Below, piece by piece: positions 45,250-59,700 of a stretch of DNA of 64,000 nucleotides. Source of the DNA: Balanoglossus misakiensis (lineage: Eukaryota; Animalia; Hemichordata); contig CM082586.2 of the NCBI GenBank assembly GCA_040954595.2, positions 1,183,124 to 1,247,123 of the forward strand, given 5' to 3'. Position 1 is the stretch's first letter, and the number at the start of each line of letters is the position of its first letter. Both the position numbers and the translations under genes were made by a program. Under the pieces are notes generated by a model. It did not search any database, was not told the DNA's origin, and was given only the letters and a program-made list of their open reading frames with translations.

Positions 45250-48019
45250 GCTATCTTGCTGAAGCTGCCCACATTTACAAAGAAGCTGCACAAAATGCTG
45301 TATTTTTCCAGAGAAAATTCAAATTGGAGACTGATTTGGAATTTTGATTTGAAATTTCAACTTGCCGAGGCTACCAACATAAAAAACATGACCGATGGAA
45401 GTGATAAAGAAAGCTGGCCTGGAGAGTATGTAAGGCCAACCCTGTTTGGCTATTTTTTTGTTGTATCCTCAACAGAGCTTCCGAACAACCAATCATCTTC
45501 TGGCTCACTGTTGTGATTAGGCTGTAAGGCTTTCCAAGTTAATACAAGAAAAGATCTGACCTGAACAGCGGTTTAGAGTTTCTCTAAGTGGTTTGTGTTT
45601 TTAATTATCTAGAATCAGGTAATCCTCTTCAAAAACTCTGAGAAGTTTGGGTGAGGATTCATTGTTAAGGCATCGTAAAACATTTAACTTCGGAAAAGTG
45701 AGAATATACACATATCGGAAAAATTTGACTCTTACTACACTGTCATGATGAAAAAAATAACTTTAGTACAAGAAGCATATTTGTAATCAAATTCATAAAC
45801 TTCGGATCTCCTTAACAAAAGGGCAAAGCTACTCACTGTTGACATTATTATGGGTATTTTAGATTCTTTTGATAGGTTACTTATGTTTTTTATGATCTCT
45901 TGCATACAATATTGTCAACAGTGAGCGATTCTATCCATTTAACAACTGACTGACTTAACATTTGTCTGTGGTGGTTTTGTTCCCCATGGAAAAGAAAAAA
46001 AAACACTAAACCAGATCTATCTTCTTTCAAATCACTTGGAAAATATTAACAAATATCTTGTATTGCATCGATTTTTGGATATAAAATCCATGTTTCTGTT
46101 GTATGTGGACACACTCAAGAAAATTCTGAGCTGGAATTTATTGAACTCTGTTATAGTTTTTGTTTGATTTGACTTTTTCGTTCTGTCCCACATTCATTTC
46201 GAGAAATCTGTTTGACAAACTGATAAAATCACACACAACATTTGCCTGACTGTGAAGCAACCAATCATATTAACCATGGATGTCATTTAAATATGATTGA
46301 CAGGCAGACTTCACTTTAAGGGACACTATACTTGTTGGCAGTAATGACTGGTAGCTGCTTTAAAAAATTACGACTTGATAAAATCTCCCTCATCTGCAAT
46401 CTTACACCATGATCCATAAAAAGGCATAAAACTGGCTACAACTATTGCCAAGTAATACACATTTTGTACAACACAAGAAAGAATGCTACAGTCCTTGAAT
46501 TTAAAAAAAAAGTGATGCTATTCATTAATTATTCACACATCATTGAATATTCACAAATGTACACCATCTAATTTGCATTAATGTATGCATACATTCCATT
46601 AGGAACAAATAGTCATAATTATGTATTTGATTGACATAAATAATTATTAATTAGCGTATACTGTCTTTCTGGTAATACTTGCTGCTAATAAATTAATATT
46701 TACAATATGGAAACATATTACAATTCAGGCTGAAAATGTATTCAGACAACTGTCACATCGAACAGATTCACCCCACGTAAATGTCAAACAACAGAAGCTA
46801 ACGTGTAATAAAATAAAAACATTTAAATGTCCTTTTTATGCATATGTACAAAATAACTTACAAACATATTTAAAACAAACATAAAGCTAAATTTGCATGA
46901 ATACATAGGTACAGAAAAAACAAAACCTTATGAATCTACTTAATCTACATATTTTCAAAGTGTACCGAGAGATAACCAATCAAAGCCTGCAGTGATTCTA
47001 CAAGAGGCACTGTGATTGGTCATCAGACTCAGCTAATGTTGTAAAGCTCAATGCGATTGGATAACAATTATGAAAATGACAAATTCATCTTGCACCTTTA
47101 GTCTAGTGACTTGAAATTGACACAATAATTACTTTACCTACTTTGCTGCTATATGAACTAACTACTTGGATCTCAAGTTCAAGATCCTAAATTTTCATCA
47201 AATTTTGAGTGGAAAAAGTTAAAAGGAATGTATAATCATAAAAAATTTAAAATGTAAATTGATAAATCATGTAAAGTGTTAGTTGCCTACTCGCTAAATT
47301 CGACCTACACTATTTGTTAGTTCTGTTTCATCTTATATTCTGATGAAATACAAGCTTACTCAAGAAATCACCTACACTAGAGGTACCTGGGCTACTTAAG
47401 TTAGCAAAGCCCAATAAAGGCACCCAAACTAGCAAGAGTTTGGTCATGGTTCAAGTCTTTGTGAGCTGTCAGCCATAGTAAGAAATATCATCAACTTAGG
47501 GTAGTTATACCCATGACCAATCACAAGCACACATTATTGCAACAGTGTTGTAAACAGTGATTGAAAGTTCAAGAATATTCAATTTTTGTTAAGTAGAGTG
47601 TAAGTCTAGTATCTGATGTTTATCACAGCACTGTCTTTAATTTCAATCTCCTGAATTTAAACTCCTCCACTTTTGTGACACGATTATATTAAAAATGTCC
47701 TGCTTTGGAACTGAAGTTGCCTAAGAATGACTTTGTACTTTGATCTTTCCTCATTCTTCATGCTCCGTTTCCATGCACCTCAATTTTCAACTCTGAAGGG
47801 GACGTCTAAAGAGCAGTGCGACCTGCCCACATCACCCCTCAAATAAAAGCAGAGTCCTCTTGAGACGCTGGTGCCAACATAAAGACACCCCTTTCGCTTT
47901 CCTTGAAAAACTCCTCTTTTCTGATCAGAAAAACTTGGAATTTTCCGAAGGGGATTCTGTCGCCCTTTTGTAGACACAGAAAGACGAATAAATCATCTTC
48001 TTCAACGTAAAGTATTCAT

Positions 48020-51000
48020 CTAGGTTATTCTATTGGCAGTAGGTAAAGTAGAAAATGAATTGGAACTTTCCATGGATGTCACAGACGATCGGTGAGGCGT
48101 ATCTGCTAACGAGGAGGTTGTAAAGAGTTTATACCAGCCTAGAGTGTTACTGGAGAGGTCTATATCATCTAGAAGTATTTGTGAAACGCCCATGAAAACC
48201 TTGCGGTCCATACGACCGTAATCACCCCAAACTGTAATCTGTTGAAAAAATAACAGAGTACAGAAAGTTAGTTAATTCCATTCTCAGAAGAAATACTGAC
48301 ACAAAGGTAGTGTCATTGCTACTAATATGACTACATGAAAAATACATATACAACAGTCATGCCATTTTGTTCACTGGGTTCGAGATAACAGCCAGGATGT
48401 AATAGGCCAACTTACTTGCAGTACTTTCCCCTTGTGCTCCTCTTCAAATGTGAGTGTCTGTTGGTACAAGGGATCCAGCGTTCTCCTAGCGATCTTCGTC
48501 TTTCTCTTACCAACACAGCGCTTACCATCCATCAGGTACACTTTTACATAGGGAGCTGCAGATTGTGTATAAAGGACAAAAGCATAAGTTGAGTTGGGAA
48601 GATTGGCATTGGCTTGTTAATGTTAGCAGCAAACAATCGCAACACCAATACACCCCTGCCTGAGTCACCATTCAGAGTGAGCCAATCAGAATTTGTTTCT
48701 CACAAGCTATCAAGCCTAGTGTGTAATTTGCACCTTCTTAACGGGATTGACTTGGTACTCATATTTGATGGTTTTGATGAATTGAAAGGCTGCAGCTCGT
48801 ATTACAAATGTCATTCTGAATGGTGACAAAGGCTGAAGAGCACATTAAAAAATCATTAATCGCATAAAGAGAGTAAAAACATGGAAAGCAAAATGGTTTT
48901 TAGTTAATATTTTAACCAGATATAAAGAATGGAAATAAGAATCACTACAAACAGCAAAAACAAATCACACAAATCTAAGTTTACCAAAACAAATATTTAC
49001 CAAACAGCTCTACAGCCACTGGGTGCATTACTAATTACATGTAGCTGTGGAAATGGTATGTGGGGGAACAGCAAGGGACAATGTTGTAAATGGCCAATAA
49101 ATCATTTTATAAAATAAATATCAGGTTCCAGTAAATATTTAAAAAAAAATAATATATAACTGGACAAAAACATCTGTATGATACAATGGTCATACTTGGG
49201 TGAAGGAAGAAATTATACAAATGAAAATGAAAATATCATTTATCAGATGGTGCTGTATTTGCTAAAAAGCAGCATGGCACTCTCTTTAAAATAAATGAAG
49301 TATAAATAACCGATTCAGTGAATGAAGAGGTAACTTCTGACAACCAAATGGGATGGACACTGACCTGGCAGAATTTTGGCCCCAGGTTTGGCCATCAAGC
49401 CTCTGGCCCTGACCACTTCAACTTCCAAGTGACCGTTCTTCTCGCAGATACCAACTTGGATGTCTCCCAGACAGGGTGATCCCAACACTTGCCGGCCGAC
49501 CAACTGCGCTGGACCGAGGCCATCAATGAAGTCTCCGAAATGTCCTTCAGGACCCAGTCGTAGCCCAGTCGGCAACCACATTCTGTGGGAGAGCGAGAGA
49601 AGAAGAACCGGTTACATGGATGCAATATAACAGCGCATTCAGTAACCTGAAAGGGTAGTATTAATTACACACATATGCACAAAAATTAGTTTGTAAGGTT
49701 GATAATAGAAAGTGAACCATTTTATTCACATCTATAGCTGACATAGGAGATAGAGTTCAAGAACAAAAAGTTTGAATGGAATCAACATAATATGATAAAT
49801 TAAACATGGAAATAATGCTGAATAAATTTAAAAAAAAGTTAAAGTAGTAGTAATAGTTGCAAGATCTGTAAGGTAAGAAAGAGTAAACCTTTAAAGGATG
49901 GTAAAGACAGTGCTCTGAAATTGTAACCATGCAGTTGTGAAAAGCTTGCTTTCGCATCAGGTAAAGCACCCCTCTCCCTGCAGTACTCTGATCCAACCCT
50001 CACACCCTTCAGTCAGTGAGGTTGGGTCCATGTACATAATTTGTGGGAGTGAGGGGGTTTCAGGAAAATTGCAGGAAAGATGAATAAGAGGAAGATATAC
50101 ACGCATGCGTATGACTTGGCTGCTGCTGAGTTTGGACTTACCGGGTGAAGTGAGACAAGTAACTATCACTAGTGGTTGTCTCACTTACAGCTAAGCTAAT
50201 GGTTGGAAGGAGGGAAAGAAGGAGAAATGAAGACACCGGTTATACCAGATGGGAGGAGGGTCGATGATCTTGCCAAGGCATGAGCACAGTTACAAACACC
50301 AAGGATAATTTTTAAACAAATACAGGGAATATATGGCTTTGAGGTGGATTGGATTGCAGCTCTGTTGTAAAGCAATACCACAAATGATGGCACAGAATCC
50401 TGTTAGCTGCACTTACATAATCTCTGGTTTTATGGACTCACAACCAACCTTACACCCCAATGAGCATGCAAAGTGCTGTTTAAAAAAATGAACAGATATT
50501 TGGTACTTACGAGGAAGAACTCTCAGAGCTGAGACTGCAAATACTGCCATCTGTACTTTCTCTGCTCGTCTGCTTGACCATGCGGTTTCGCATTTCGAGT
50601 GGAACACCCACCTCTTCACTTCTCACGATCGAACTGCGAGGTTTCTTGCCTGACCCTTCTGCAAATATTCAAAAAAGAAAGAATCCGTGAAAATCATTCA
50701 TGGTTTGTGGGTGGGGGAGGAAGGAGGGATTAAATTCAACAGGTGGTTGCGCTTTAGAACCTGCAGCTGGTGATTGGCGTCTCCAGATGACTCATCCGGA
50801 AGATCCGTGGATTTGAGAGAAATCTCCTTGAAACAAAAGCTGTATTAAGGAATAAACATGCTCGAACATGACAGAGGAAAGATTAAAAATGAAATGACTT
50901 TTTTTCCTGACAATTTGTCTAGGCAGGGTCATCTATCTTAAACAACCAAGTTGGCTCCATTTCTACTGTTAGGCTCACAACTACCGGTATATTGCATGCC

Positions 51001-54000
51001 ACTGAAGCAATCATGGATAACGAACACTAATTAAAGAACAAAGATGACAAAGCTTGGTCACACATGGCTGCTCATCACACCCTCCCTCAAAAATACATTG
51101 GCAGCAAAGTTCTTTTTCTGTCCTCCTGAAAAGCTACAACCGTTTAATCAGCACCAACAATGGCAGAATGGCAGATTGTAAAAATACAACACAACAGTAT
51201 GGTTTCTATTTTTGTGTCTCTTTCTCTTTGCGAGTGACACACTGTTAATTATGCACACACCAAGTGCTGAATTCACAGCCTCGTGCGAGTTAAAACACCC
51301 AAATGAAAATTCGTTCCTAACTGCATTCTGCTTTCTCTCTCACTAACAGCACAATGCACCGTAACAGTACGTACCCCTTCCCAAGAACGCTCATAGGGGT
51401 TACGTAACCACGGCCGTGACGTGACATATGCCCAAGTGTCTGCACAATCAACAGTGATCAGGGGGTAGCTTTTTCATCTGGACCTAAAACCTCCCCTAGG
51501 AGATTACACTGCTTTCCAATTCCCTATTGTCCCCCCTCCCCTTTGTCTCTGCTGCAACTCTGACGATTCAAAACACTGCACCCTGACGTAAATCTGACTG
51601 AAAAAACAACAGAACATGCTGACGTCTACCATTCCCAGCTTATGCCCATTCATCCCCAGCAAAACACCATCCATTCTGTTTTTGTTCTCACTATGAAACA
51701 ACCAGTACACACTGCTTGAACAAACTGATGCCCTCGTGGCCAAGTTCCCTGGAGTGGGGTTGATACAAAAATATTGACAAATTGGTGGAATTTTTCCTCC
51801 TGCTTAATCAGAAAAGTACTGAATGCAAAGACGCTAATCCCTAAAATAGGAAGAAAGATGTGATGCTTTTTCTCATAATTTGGACAATTCTGAGTTGCCT
51901 GAGATTTGAAAACAAGGCCCTTTTTGGTTACTTTGGAAACTGGCAACTGATGACCGAAGCACATGAATTGTTACTGCGATTAAATGCAAACCCAAAAATA
52001 AATATATGATGTCTGGTATCACCCATATTGTAGCCGTCGATCAATTTGACTCTGACAGTGCTGTCCGGGTGCAAAAGTATGACAATTAAAAGACTTCGCA
52101 GACGACGAGAGAGCCTGGGACTAACTTGAAACGACAACACTCATATTACAAAAAAGTCATAACTGTTGATTCTTACCAGTGGCACTGAGCTGCGATGTAC
52201 TATTGCTTTTCCTGGAGAGTCCCACCAGGGCGGCCATCTTGTATCCAATACTGGCCCGTCGCTTCTTGCCCTCCCGTGTGTTGGGCTCAGCGGCCGAGTC
52301 AGAAATACTGCCATCCTGTTTCTCGTAAGTGTAAACATCACTGGAGCTGGAGCTGCGATTCAGGGGTTTCTTATTGGGAGCATTGCTCTGCATTTTGGCA
52401 CTAAATGCACTGAAAAACAAAAACCAAAACATTTCTTTTAAAATATTGCAAAAAATTCTCCGGGATGAGAAAAAGAAAGAAAAAGTTGTCTGTATTAGAC
52501 CTAGTATTTGTTAATAGAAATATGTAAATGTATGCACTAAATATGACTTTATTCATATTACTATTTATAGGCATATAGATCTTTTGTTTTGGGCATCTGG
52601 TTTTTTTTAAAGAAAAGTCTGTTAGTATGGAGAATAATGTTTCTGTGAAGAAAAATTTGACATTAATCAGAAAAATTCAACTGGCTACAAAATCTTTCTC
52701 TACAGCATAAGCTAACAAATTTTACTATATTATCTCAACTATTAACATTTAACCGTAACACTTTATGAGAGAGCTACATGTATTACTGTAGTCAGGGCTG
52801 AGACTTATTTATTTTTCAGAGCCACTATGACGTTTGTAAAAAACCTACTTTTGAATAATTGAAGAAAAAATCTCTCAACCACCTGAAGTATTACTGACCG
52901 AACACACAACAATTTGTCTGTCAACATTTCATAAAAAACAGGAAACACTCATGCCAGTTGCAGACATCGCGAGATTGATTCCCAGTACATGGGAATGACC
53001 AGCTGAAGCTGAAGCCACATCAGTTGTACTCAAATAACAGGAACTTAATTAAAAAGACGGCCTAAATTTAGGTGCGCATTAAATTTCCATTCAATTGATG
53101 GCCACTTGTTGGTTAAATTTAGATGGTAAGAGCTATTTAAAACTTTAATATTGCATTCACCACTGTCGTTAAGGTTTCAAAAACAAGTCATCAACAGGTT
53201 TTTATGTCCCGGGAATCTGTACCATTTCCGATATTTTCAAAATCCACTCGGCGATAGATTTTACCAGGGGAAAAAAACAAACTCTATCTGATCAGCATGA
53301 ATGTACACAGGGCTTGTTTCCACATATTGCCTACAGATTCTGTTGTAGCTGCAGATACATGGTTAACATTGAGCTTGATGTTGTGGGATCTACTGGTACA
53401 TGTTATTACAGTTTAACTGTGTCTTTGTCCTGTCCACGACCTTTGTGTGAGTATGTATGAGAGGGGATTAGCCGCAAGATTGTAATGGCTCATTGTCTCC
53501 AAACAAATGGACGGGCAAGTGGAATGCTGGATGTGCATGTATGTGCCCCGAATAGAGTGACTACATGTATGTTTGAATGTTGGCTATACATGTAGATGTG
53601 TGTGTAAAATTATAGGCAACACTTTGTTTTGTTAAACACACAACTCCAGAGATATAACAAATAATTTCATACCATGAACAGACAAAGTGATGTTACGTGT
53701 ACGTGATACGAAATGAGCATGATGGAGATCAGGGCATGCCGGTTTACATACTGATATTCAGTGATTTTAAGTTGCTGGTGAGATGGATCACATGCTATTC
53801 TGTGACGATTTGAAACTGTATGACAGTGAATGACGATTACTATGAAGTTGTCCATAATGCATGATGGTGAAACAAGACATAATGTATTGTCTTTTATTTC
53901 TGGGAATGCTATCACGGTATAAGGGGGGGGGGGGGTTCCAAAAAATGCATAAATGAGTCAATATCTGACATTCACTAAAAATACAACGAACTTTTGACGA

Positions 54001-56703
54001 GATTTTTTACAAGTACAAATGAGAGTGTATTTCACTTGACACGGACGTCGAGTAAAACGCTTCAAAACTAACTTTGAGAGCCTCTTTTTGAGGCTTTTTC
54101 GCAGGCTTTTTTGTCTGTTTAGAGATCCCCTGTGTCTGATGGGAAGTGGAGAATCTGAGAGGTTGGGAACGCTAGAGCTGTAATAAAAAACAGAAAAGCA
54201 AAAAAAGAGAGATACTATTGAAATTAACCGTGCGATAGCTGCAACTCTATACAATTGTGGTATTTACATAAATACAACGCTGTTCCACTCAGTAAAGCGC
54301 GTGTGTTGTCTTTCACTGCCAGAAGTCAAAAGAAGTTTCTGTCAACTTTTTTCCCTGAGGCTTTTTTAGCCTGCTTTGACAGAAGTTAATGCTGCGTTCA
54401 GCAGAGAAAAAGTTTCGACTAGTTCTGAAACAGAATTTCTTTTAAGAAGTGCTGCTGGCAGTGAAAGAGCTTAGATGCAGAAGCGATGGGTATTAGGACT
54501 TGAATGGATTAGTCTAAACACTGCAATGTATGCCAATCAGTGGCAATCCACTGTGTGCAAGAAAGGGTTAGCAAAACTGAAGAAAAAATCAAAACAATTG
54601 AGAAGTTAAATTTAAAACAAAACACACAAAAAATGAAAGCAGATAAAAGTAAAAAAAATCATAAATACATGCATACTCTGAAAACATCCAGGACCAAAGA
54701 TCATTGCCAAGTTCTTTGCGGAGGTTTCCCATGGCGAACAAGGGAAAAGTAGCGGAGTTCAAATTCAGGAGTTGGTGGTCTTCATGCATCTAAGTGGTGG
54801 GATCGATAGGACCTGGAATATTCACATCCAGGGAATATCAAAGAGCATGCAGTTACTGTGGATGACGACACGAAGGAATATACTACAGTGATGCCTGTGA
54901 ACTTCAAGACTTTCTGAGTGAACGTTGGATTTCACACTAAACAACGCTGCGTGGAGAGCCTCCCTAGGCTAGGCAAAAAAAGATCATTGTTGTTTGTCTT
55001 GACCGACTTCCAGACAAAGCATCATCACAGACAATTCACACACGTGGTCACGGCCGTCAAGGACATATAATTAACAAGTGACGTCACTGTGACGTGGAAC
55101 ACAATCTTTTCTATTCTCTGAAACCGTACAACTGACGCAGAATTAACTGCAGCACAATTAAATTAACTAGTTCACAGTTCATTATTCGTGACGACAACAA
55201 AGCGTCATAGGGAATATTATCAAAATTTGTTCATGGCCAGAGACAGTTATTAATATTGGAAAATAATAATAAAAATAGAAATGTTTGTACCACCTACAAC
55301 AAAATTAATGTATACCATCCACCCACGTCTTAAAATGAAATATACTTATGAATTATTCTAGAGCCAGTTCAGTTCAAATGTCCAATGACTCACCTCAGTT
55401 TGCGAGTGGCTTTCTGGCCGGGTACGGCCTGTGACTGGGTGGACATGGTACTGATGCGCGACGTCTCGCTGACCTGTGTGATGCCGGACACGTCGCTGGT
55501 GCTGGACACGTTGCTATCGCTGGACTTGATGGAGATGTTGTCAGGGCTCTGTTTGCGCATGCGTGGTTTCTGTTGGATCTCTGACATGGTCATTCCCAGG
55601 TGGGGGGATAGGGTGTTGGCAGAGGCTGCCTGCTTGTACTGGTTCATTTTCATCTTGAGTTTCATCTGGCGAGCTCTTTCTTCAAGTTCTGCTTGAGCTG
55701 TTTGTTTGGGGAAGTCCAGAGAGAATTATCAGTGAGACTTGGAGGATATGAAGAAGTTTCTGCAAATACAAGAATTAGTGTATCTTTATGTCAGAGAAAA
55801 AAGCACATTAGATATTTTAAATGAGAACTAACCTCTGTCTCCTCTGGTTTGATGTACTGGCAACTGAGGCAACTGACGGTGTTTTCTGGGGGTCGAGGGA
55901 GTCGATGACGGTGATGATCTAGCGGGTGATGTGGCTGGGTGTCGGATCGGGGAACTTGGCAAACTGGTGACTGGGGAACGCATATCCGGCGGTGACATTG
56001 TGCCAACCATTGCGTTATGATACTCGCGTTCGAGTTCACGGTTTCCTCGGATTTCAGACTGGCTTCTTCTGTGCAGATCGCCGCGTGGAATATCTGATCG
56101 TCGAGTTGGGGATCGCGCCCTGTCGATGTCAGATCTTCGTGTTGGAGATCTTGATCGTTCGATTTCAGACCTGCGTGTCGGCGACCGAGATCGTTGGATG
56201 TCGTATTCACCTGGTGGAGGTCGCCCTCTACGGCCTGGTGATGGTGATCTTGACCTTGGTCTTGGAGGTTGATCTGGCACTGTTAGAGTGTGTGGTGGAG
56301 GCCGATCGTTTAATTCCTCTCTTGGTGGTGGCAGAACTGAGGAAAGAGATCAAGAAGTTTGGATTGAAAAATCAATTACAAGAACACAAATAAAACACAC
56401 ACAATACTTTCACTGAACCCAGACTTTCACCAGATTTTATTCTCATTTTGCCTAACTACATGCATGCACAGCATGGCTAATAAGAGCGCTTTTTACCATC
56501 AATGATCTCACCTGTCCCAGTCCGTCTCCTTGGTGATGGCGATACTGGCTGTGGTGGTGCGTGTTGTCTTCTGTCTGGAGCCCTCGTTGGTGCTCTCTGC
56601 TGCTGACTATGATCAGAGTTTCCTTCGCTTCTTGGTGGTGGACTACAACTGCTTCCGTACGATGAAACGCTCGCACCGTCTCCTACTCCAACAACTGTTG
56701 AGC
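48020..56703 (-). CDS. RIMS: Regulating synaptic membrane exocytosis protein (RIM/unc-10), 3' part; exons 56703-56512, 56336-55833, 55697-55394, 52409-52177, 50658-50511, 49582-49365, 48555-48416, 48238-48020; 5' exons probably outside the window
   Basis: RQLPQLP RIM-BP-binding motif, KQDGSISDSA, FIDGLGPAQLVGRQ, C2B domain (LEVEVVRARGL, APYVKVYL, VWGDYGRMD, GWYKLF). Confidence 0.92.
54309..54468. repeat. 14-bp inverted repeat pair (probable degenerate MITE) in a RIMS intron
   Basis: tctttcactgccag (54309-54322) and ctggcagtgaaaga (54455-54468). Confidence 0.5.
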
Positions 56704-59700
56704 CTATACAAAATTGAAGAAGAAAAAATCATATTATGATTAAGTTGTAACAATCTGAATCCGTGCAACTCTCATGAGCTCACTCACACGATGTTGTTTG
56801 TTCCTTCGTCACAAACAGTCATTCCCCAGACTTTATATTTCAAAGAACTCTGCAAGATTCGTGCAGGCAGTCACGCTTACGTACATGCATATCATCCTCA
56901 TGGGAGACGGGCAAGTCTACACCTCCGTCTGATCACATTACATATACAGCTAAGTCATAAATCCCTATGCCCCTTCCAGCTATGCTTTGCATCACACGCA
57001 GTACAGATACACAACGCAAATAAAAAATTCACACACGCTCAATTCTCCAACAATCTTAGTTTCCCTCACCACAAACAAAAGCATGCAAGGAAACCATTTT
57101 TTCTGTGGTTAAACCGTTATGCTTGTAGACTTGTATGGGATAGTAGACCAGACAATGTAATTAGCACAAAAAAGAAAAAAGCTTCACGGCCTGGTTTGTG
57201 TGACCGCATCAAATCAGCCTTCACAATGAGTCCTACATCTTACAAACTCAATTATATTTTAAGTAGTAGCACACTTCTCCAGATCATGCAACAACTTGCC
57301 ATCAGTTAAAGTAGATAAAGGCTAATTACAAAAAAACCCTCAGGCACTGAGCATCAATTTATCATCAGTTAACAAGACTTTAAAATATCACTCAATAAAA
57401 AAAAACACTTATCTGGCCGATAGGCTTATCTTTATTCTGATTGGTTTAACAGATAGTTTTTTTCTCTCTTAAAGAAAGTGTGACATGATTTCCCATGAAC
57501 TGCAACTAGTTTTTTTTTTGACGAGATGCGTTTTAGACAACTGGCACAGAATTCCACAACAATTGTATGGTTTACAAGTCTCCAATCACAGATGCAGCAC
57601 CACATCCTGCTTTTTTTTAATCAAAAACACTTGTTCCCAATTAAATCGATAAAAAAATCTCATCATCAACATTGCATTCTTGGAAAAACACCCTTCTCTG
57701 AATTCCAACAGTCTGCCTTGGCACAATGCCAATGAGGTTTTATTGGTTGGATATCACGCAGACAGCGTTATCTGTCTTTCTGTTTACCACGAAGAAGTAC
57801 TCTCTCACTTTCCAGTATATGATAAATCATACCGGAAATCTCCGTGTCCTTGAACAAAGCCAACACAAGAGGCTGGTTAAGATGAGTTGTGTCATTAAAT
57901 CAGACATGTTCAAGAATTGTTGTCTCTCTCTCTCTCAATCTCTGAAAAACAATTCCACTTTCGATGATCCTTCCCATATATAGTTATAGTTCTGGGAATT
58001 TTTCTAGCGTGTCGACTCAACTGATATAATTTATGTCGCACGTACCAGCACAAGTGAGTGTGGATATTATTTATGAGAAGACTACCTTTTGTAAACTGGC
58101 TTTTAACAATGCACATCCACTATGAGATCTTTAACCTATAGGGGTAGGGAAGAATATATTATTGCAGTGATGGACGCTGGTGGGAGGGTGGGGGGCCATG
58201 AGGTGGGGGAGGGTGGGGACTGAGAGCATTGTAAGACTAAGAGGCAAGTTATCATCGTTTTTTTTAATCAATTTTTAATTTCCTTGCATGTGGGATATGG
58301 ATATCTGGGTAAATCCATTTCTGATGAGTAACTTGTAGGTCAGATTAATGCCATCAGTGGGCGCACAGTGTATACTGTGTTCCAATTAAAACAACAATGC
58401 TGTCCCGGGAATATCGTACAAGAACTGCTGCGAGGTCGACAGACGGGAGGGAAGCTGTGTGTAGGTTTTACAAGTCATGTGTATAGATCGATTGTGAATA
58501 AATCATTTCATCGACACATACAGCTTGGGGGGGACAAGCCAAGGTAATTGGTTCAGAATTAAAAATTGGGAGGTGGGTGGTTGCGTGGGGGGTCACAGGT
58601 GATCTAGGGTGGGATTTCTTGATAAAATCATCACCGGTCATCATATGCTCAAGGTGCCAGATTGATAATGGAAGCGCCCTCTCTGTAACTTACCGATATC
58701 GGACATCACAAAATTCACATTCAGAAGATTTTACTAAGACTAATTTTCCAATACTTTTCCCAAGAATGTCATCAATTACCAAATGCATGTTACATTTGAT
58801 CGACTTCTCTGTTGGCATGACTACCAGTCATCACAAGGAAATCACAACATTTCTAGGTTTTCTCCACAAATTGTAATTTTCACCTGACTTCTTTTTTTGC
58901 CCCAAGAATTCTGACAAGTGTCTCACTTTAGTCCTCTTTCATCAACACATGAAATAAAAATTGAAGAACAAATTGCTACCTCATGCAGGTTTAATGAATT
59001 TTATCCATTTGGGAACACAATATATTTGGCAGATAAAATATAATTTTCTCTCTGAAGTGAAGATGTCATGTACACAAATCCCATATTGGGAGCATCTGAT
59101 TTATCTGGCCAAGTCCAGGTAAACGTCAGGACTAAATTATTAAAAGATGATGTGAGTTGATAAGTCTTGAACAAAAGCACCTATACACATGAGATTACAA
59201 TATTCAATGAACAACAAGCTATTATAAAGATGCTGAGATGCATGCTAGACATGTACATGTTGCTACAAAATTCTTAAAATCTGCAATTTCTGTCAATGCT
59301 AAAGCTAAAGATTGGTTTTCACTATCTTCTTTTCATAGACTTGTTATTAATTTCCCAACTGATTCAATCTATCGCAAACGTTATCTTCATTCCTTTTGAA
59401 GAAGACAAACACCTATTTCTCAGGTGTAAAATTTCAACATTACGGTAACTTCATTTGTTGCTACGGCAATCAATCAAGGTAGTTAATGTTTCCCTTCACT
59501 AACAAAATCCGCACATCTGTAAAATGATACGCACTGGCAAACAATGCGAACTTTTAATTTAGAATTTCATGAAATGATGAAACAGGAACGGTAAGATGAG
59601 ATCTGTGGGAACAGTGGACTATGATCACATCTGGATAATTTTCCCTCAACGCAATAAATGTCTTGAATCTGTCAATAACACTTCTTCAAAAAATATGTTG

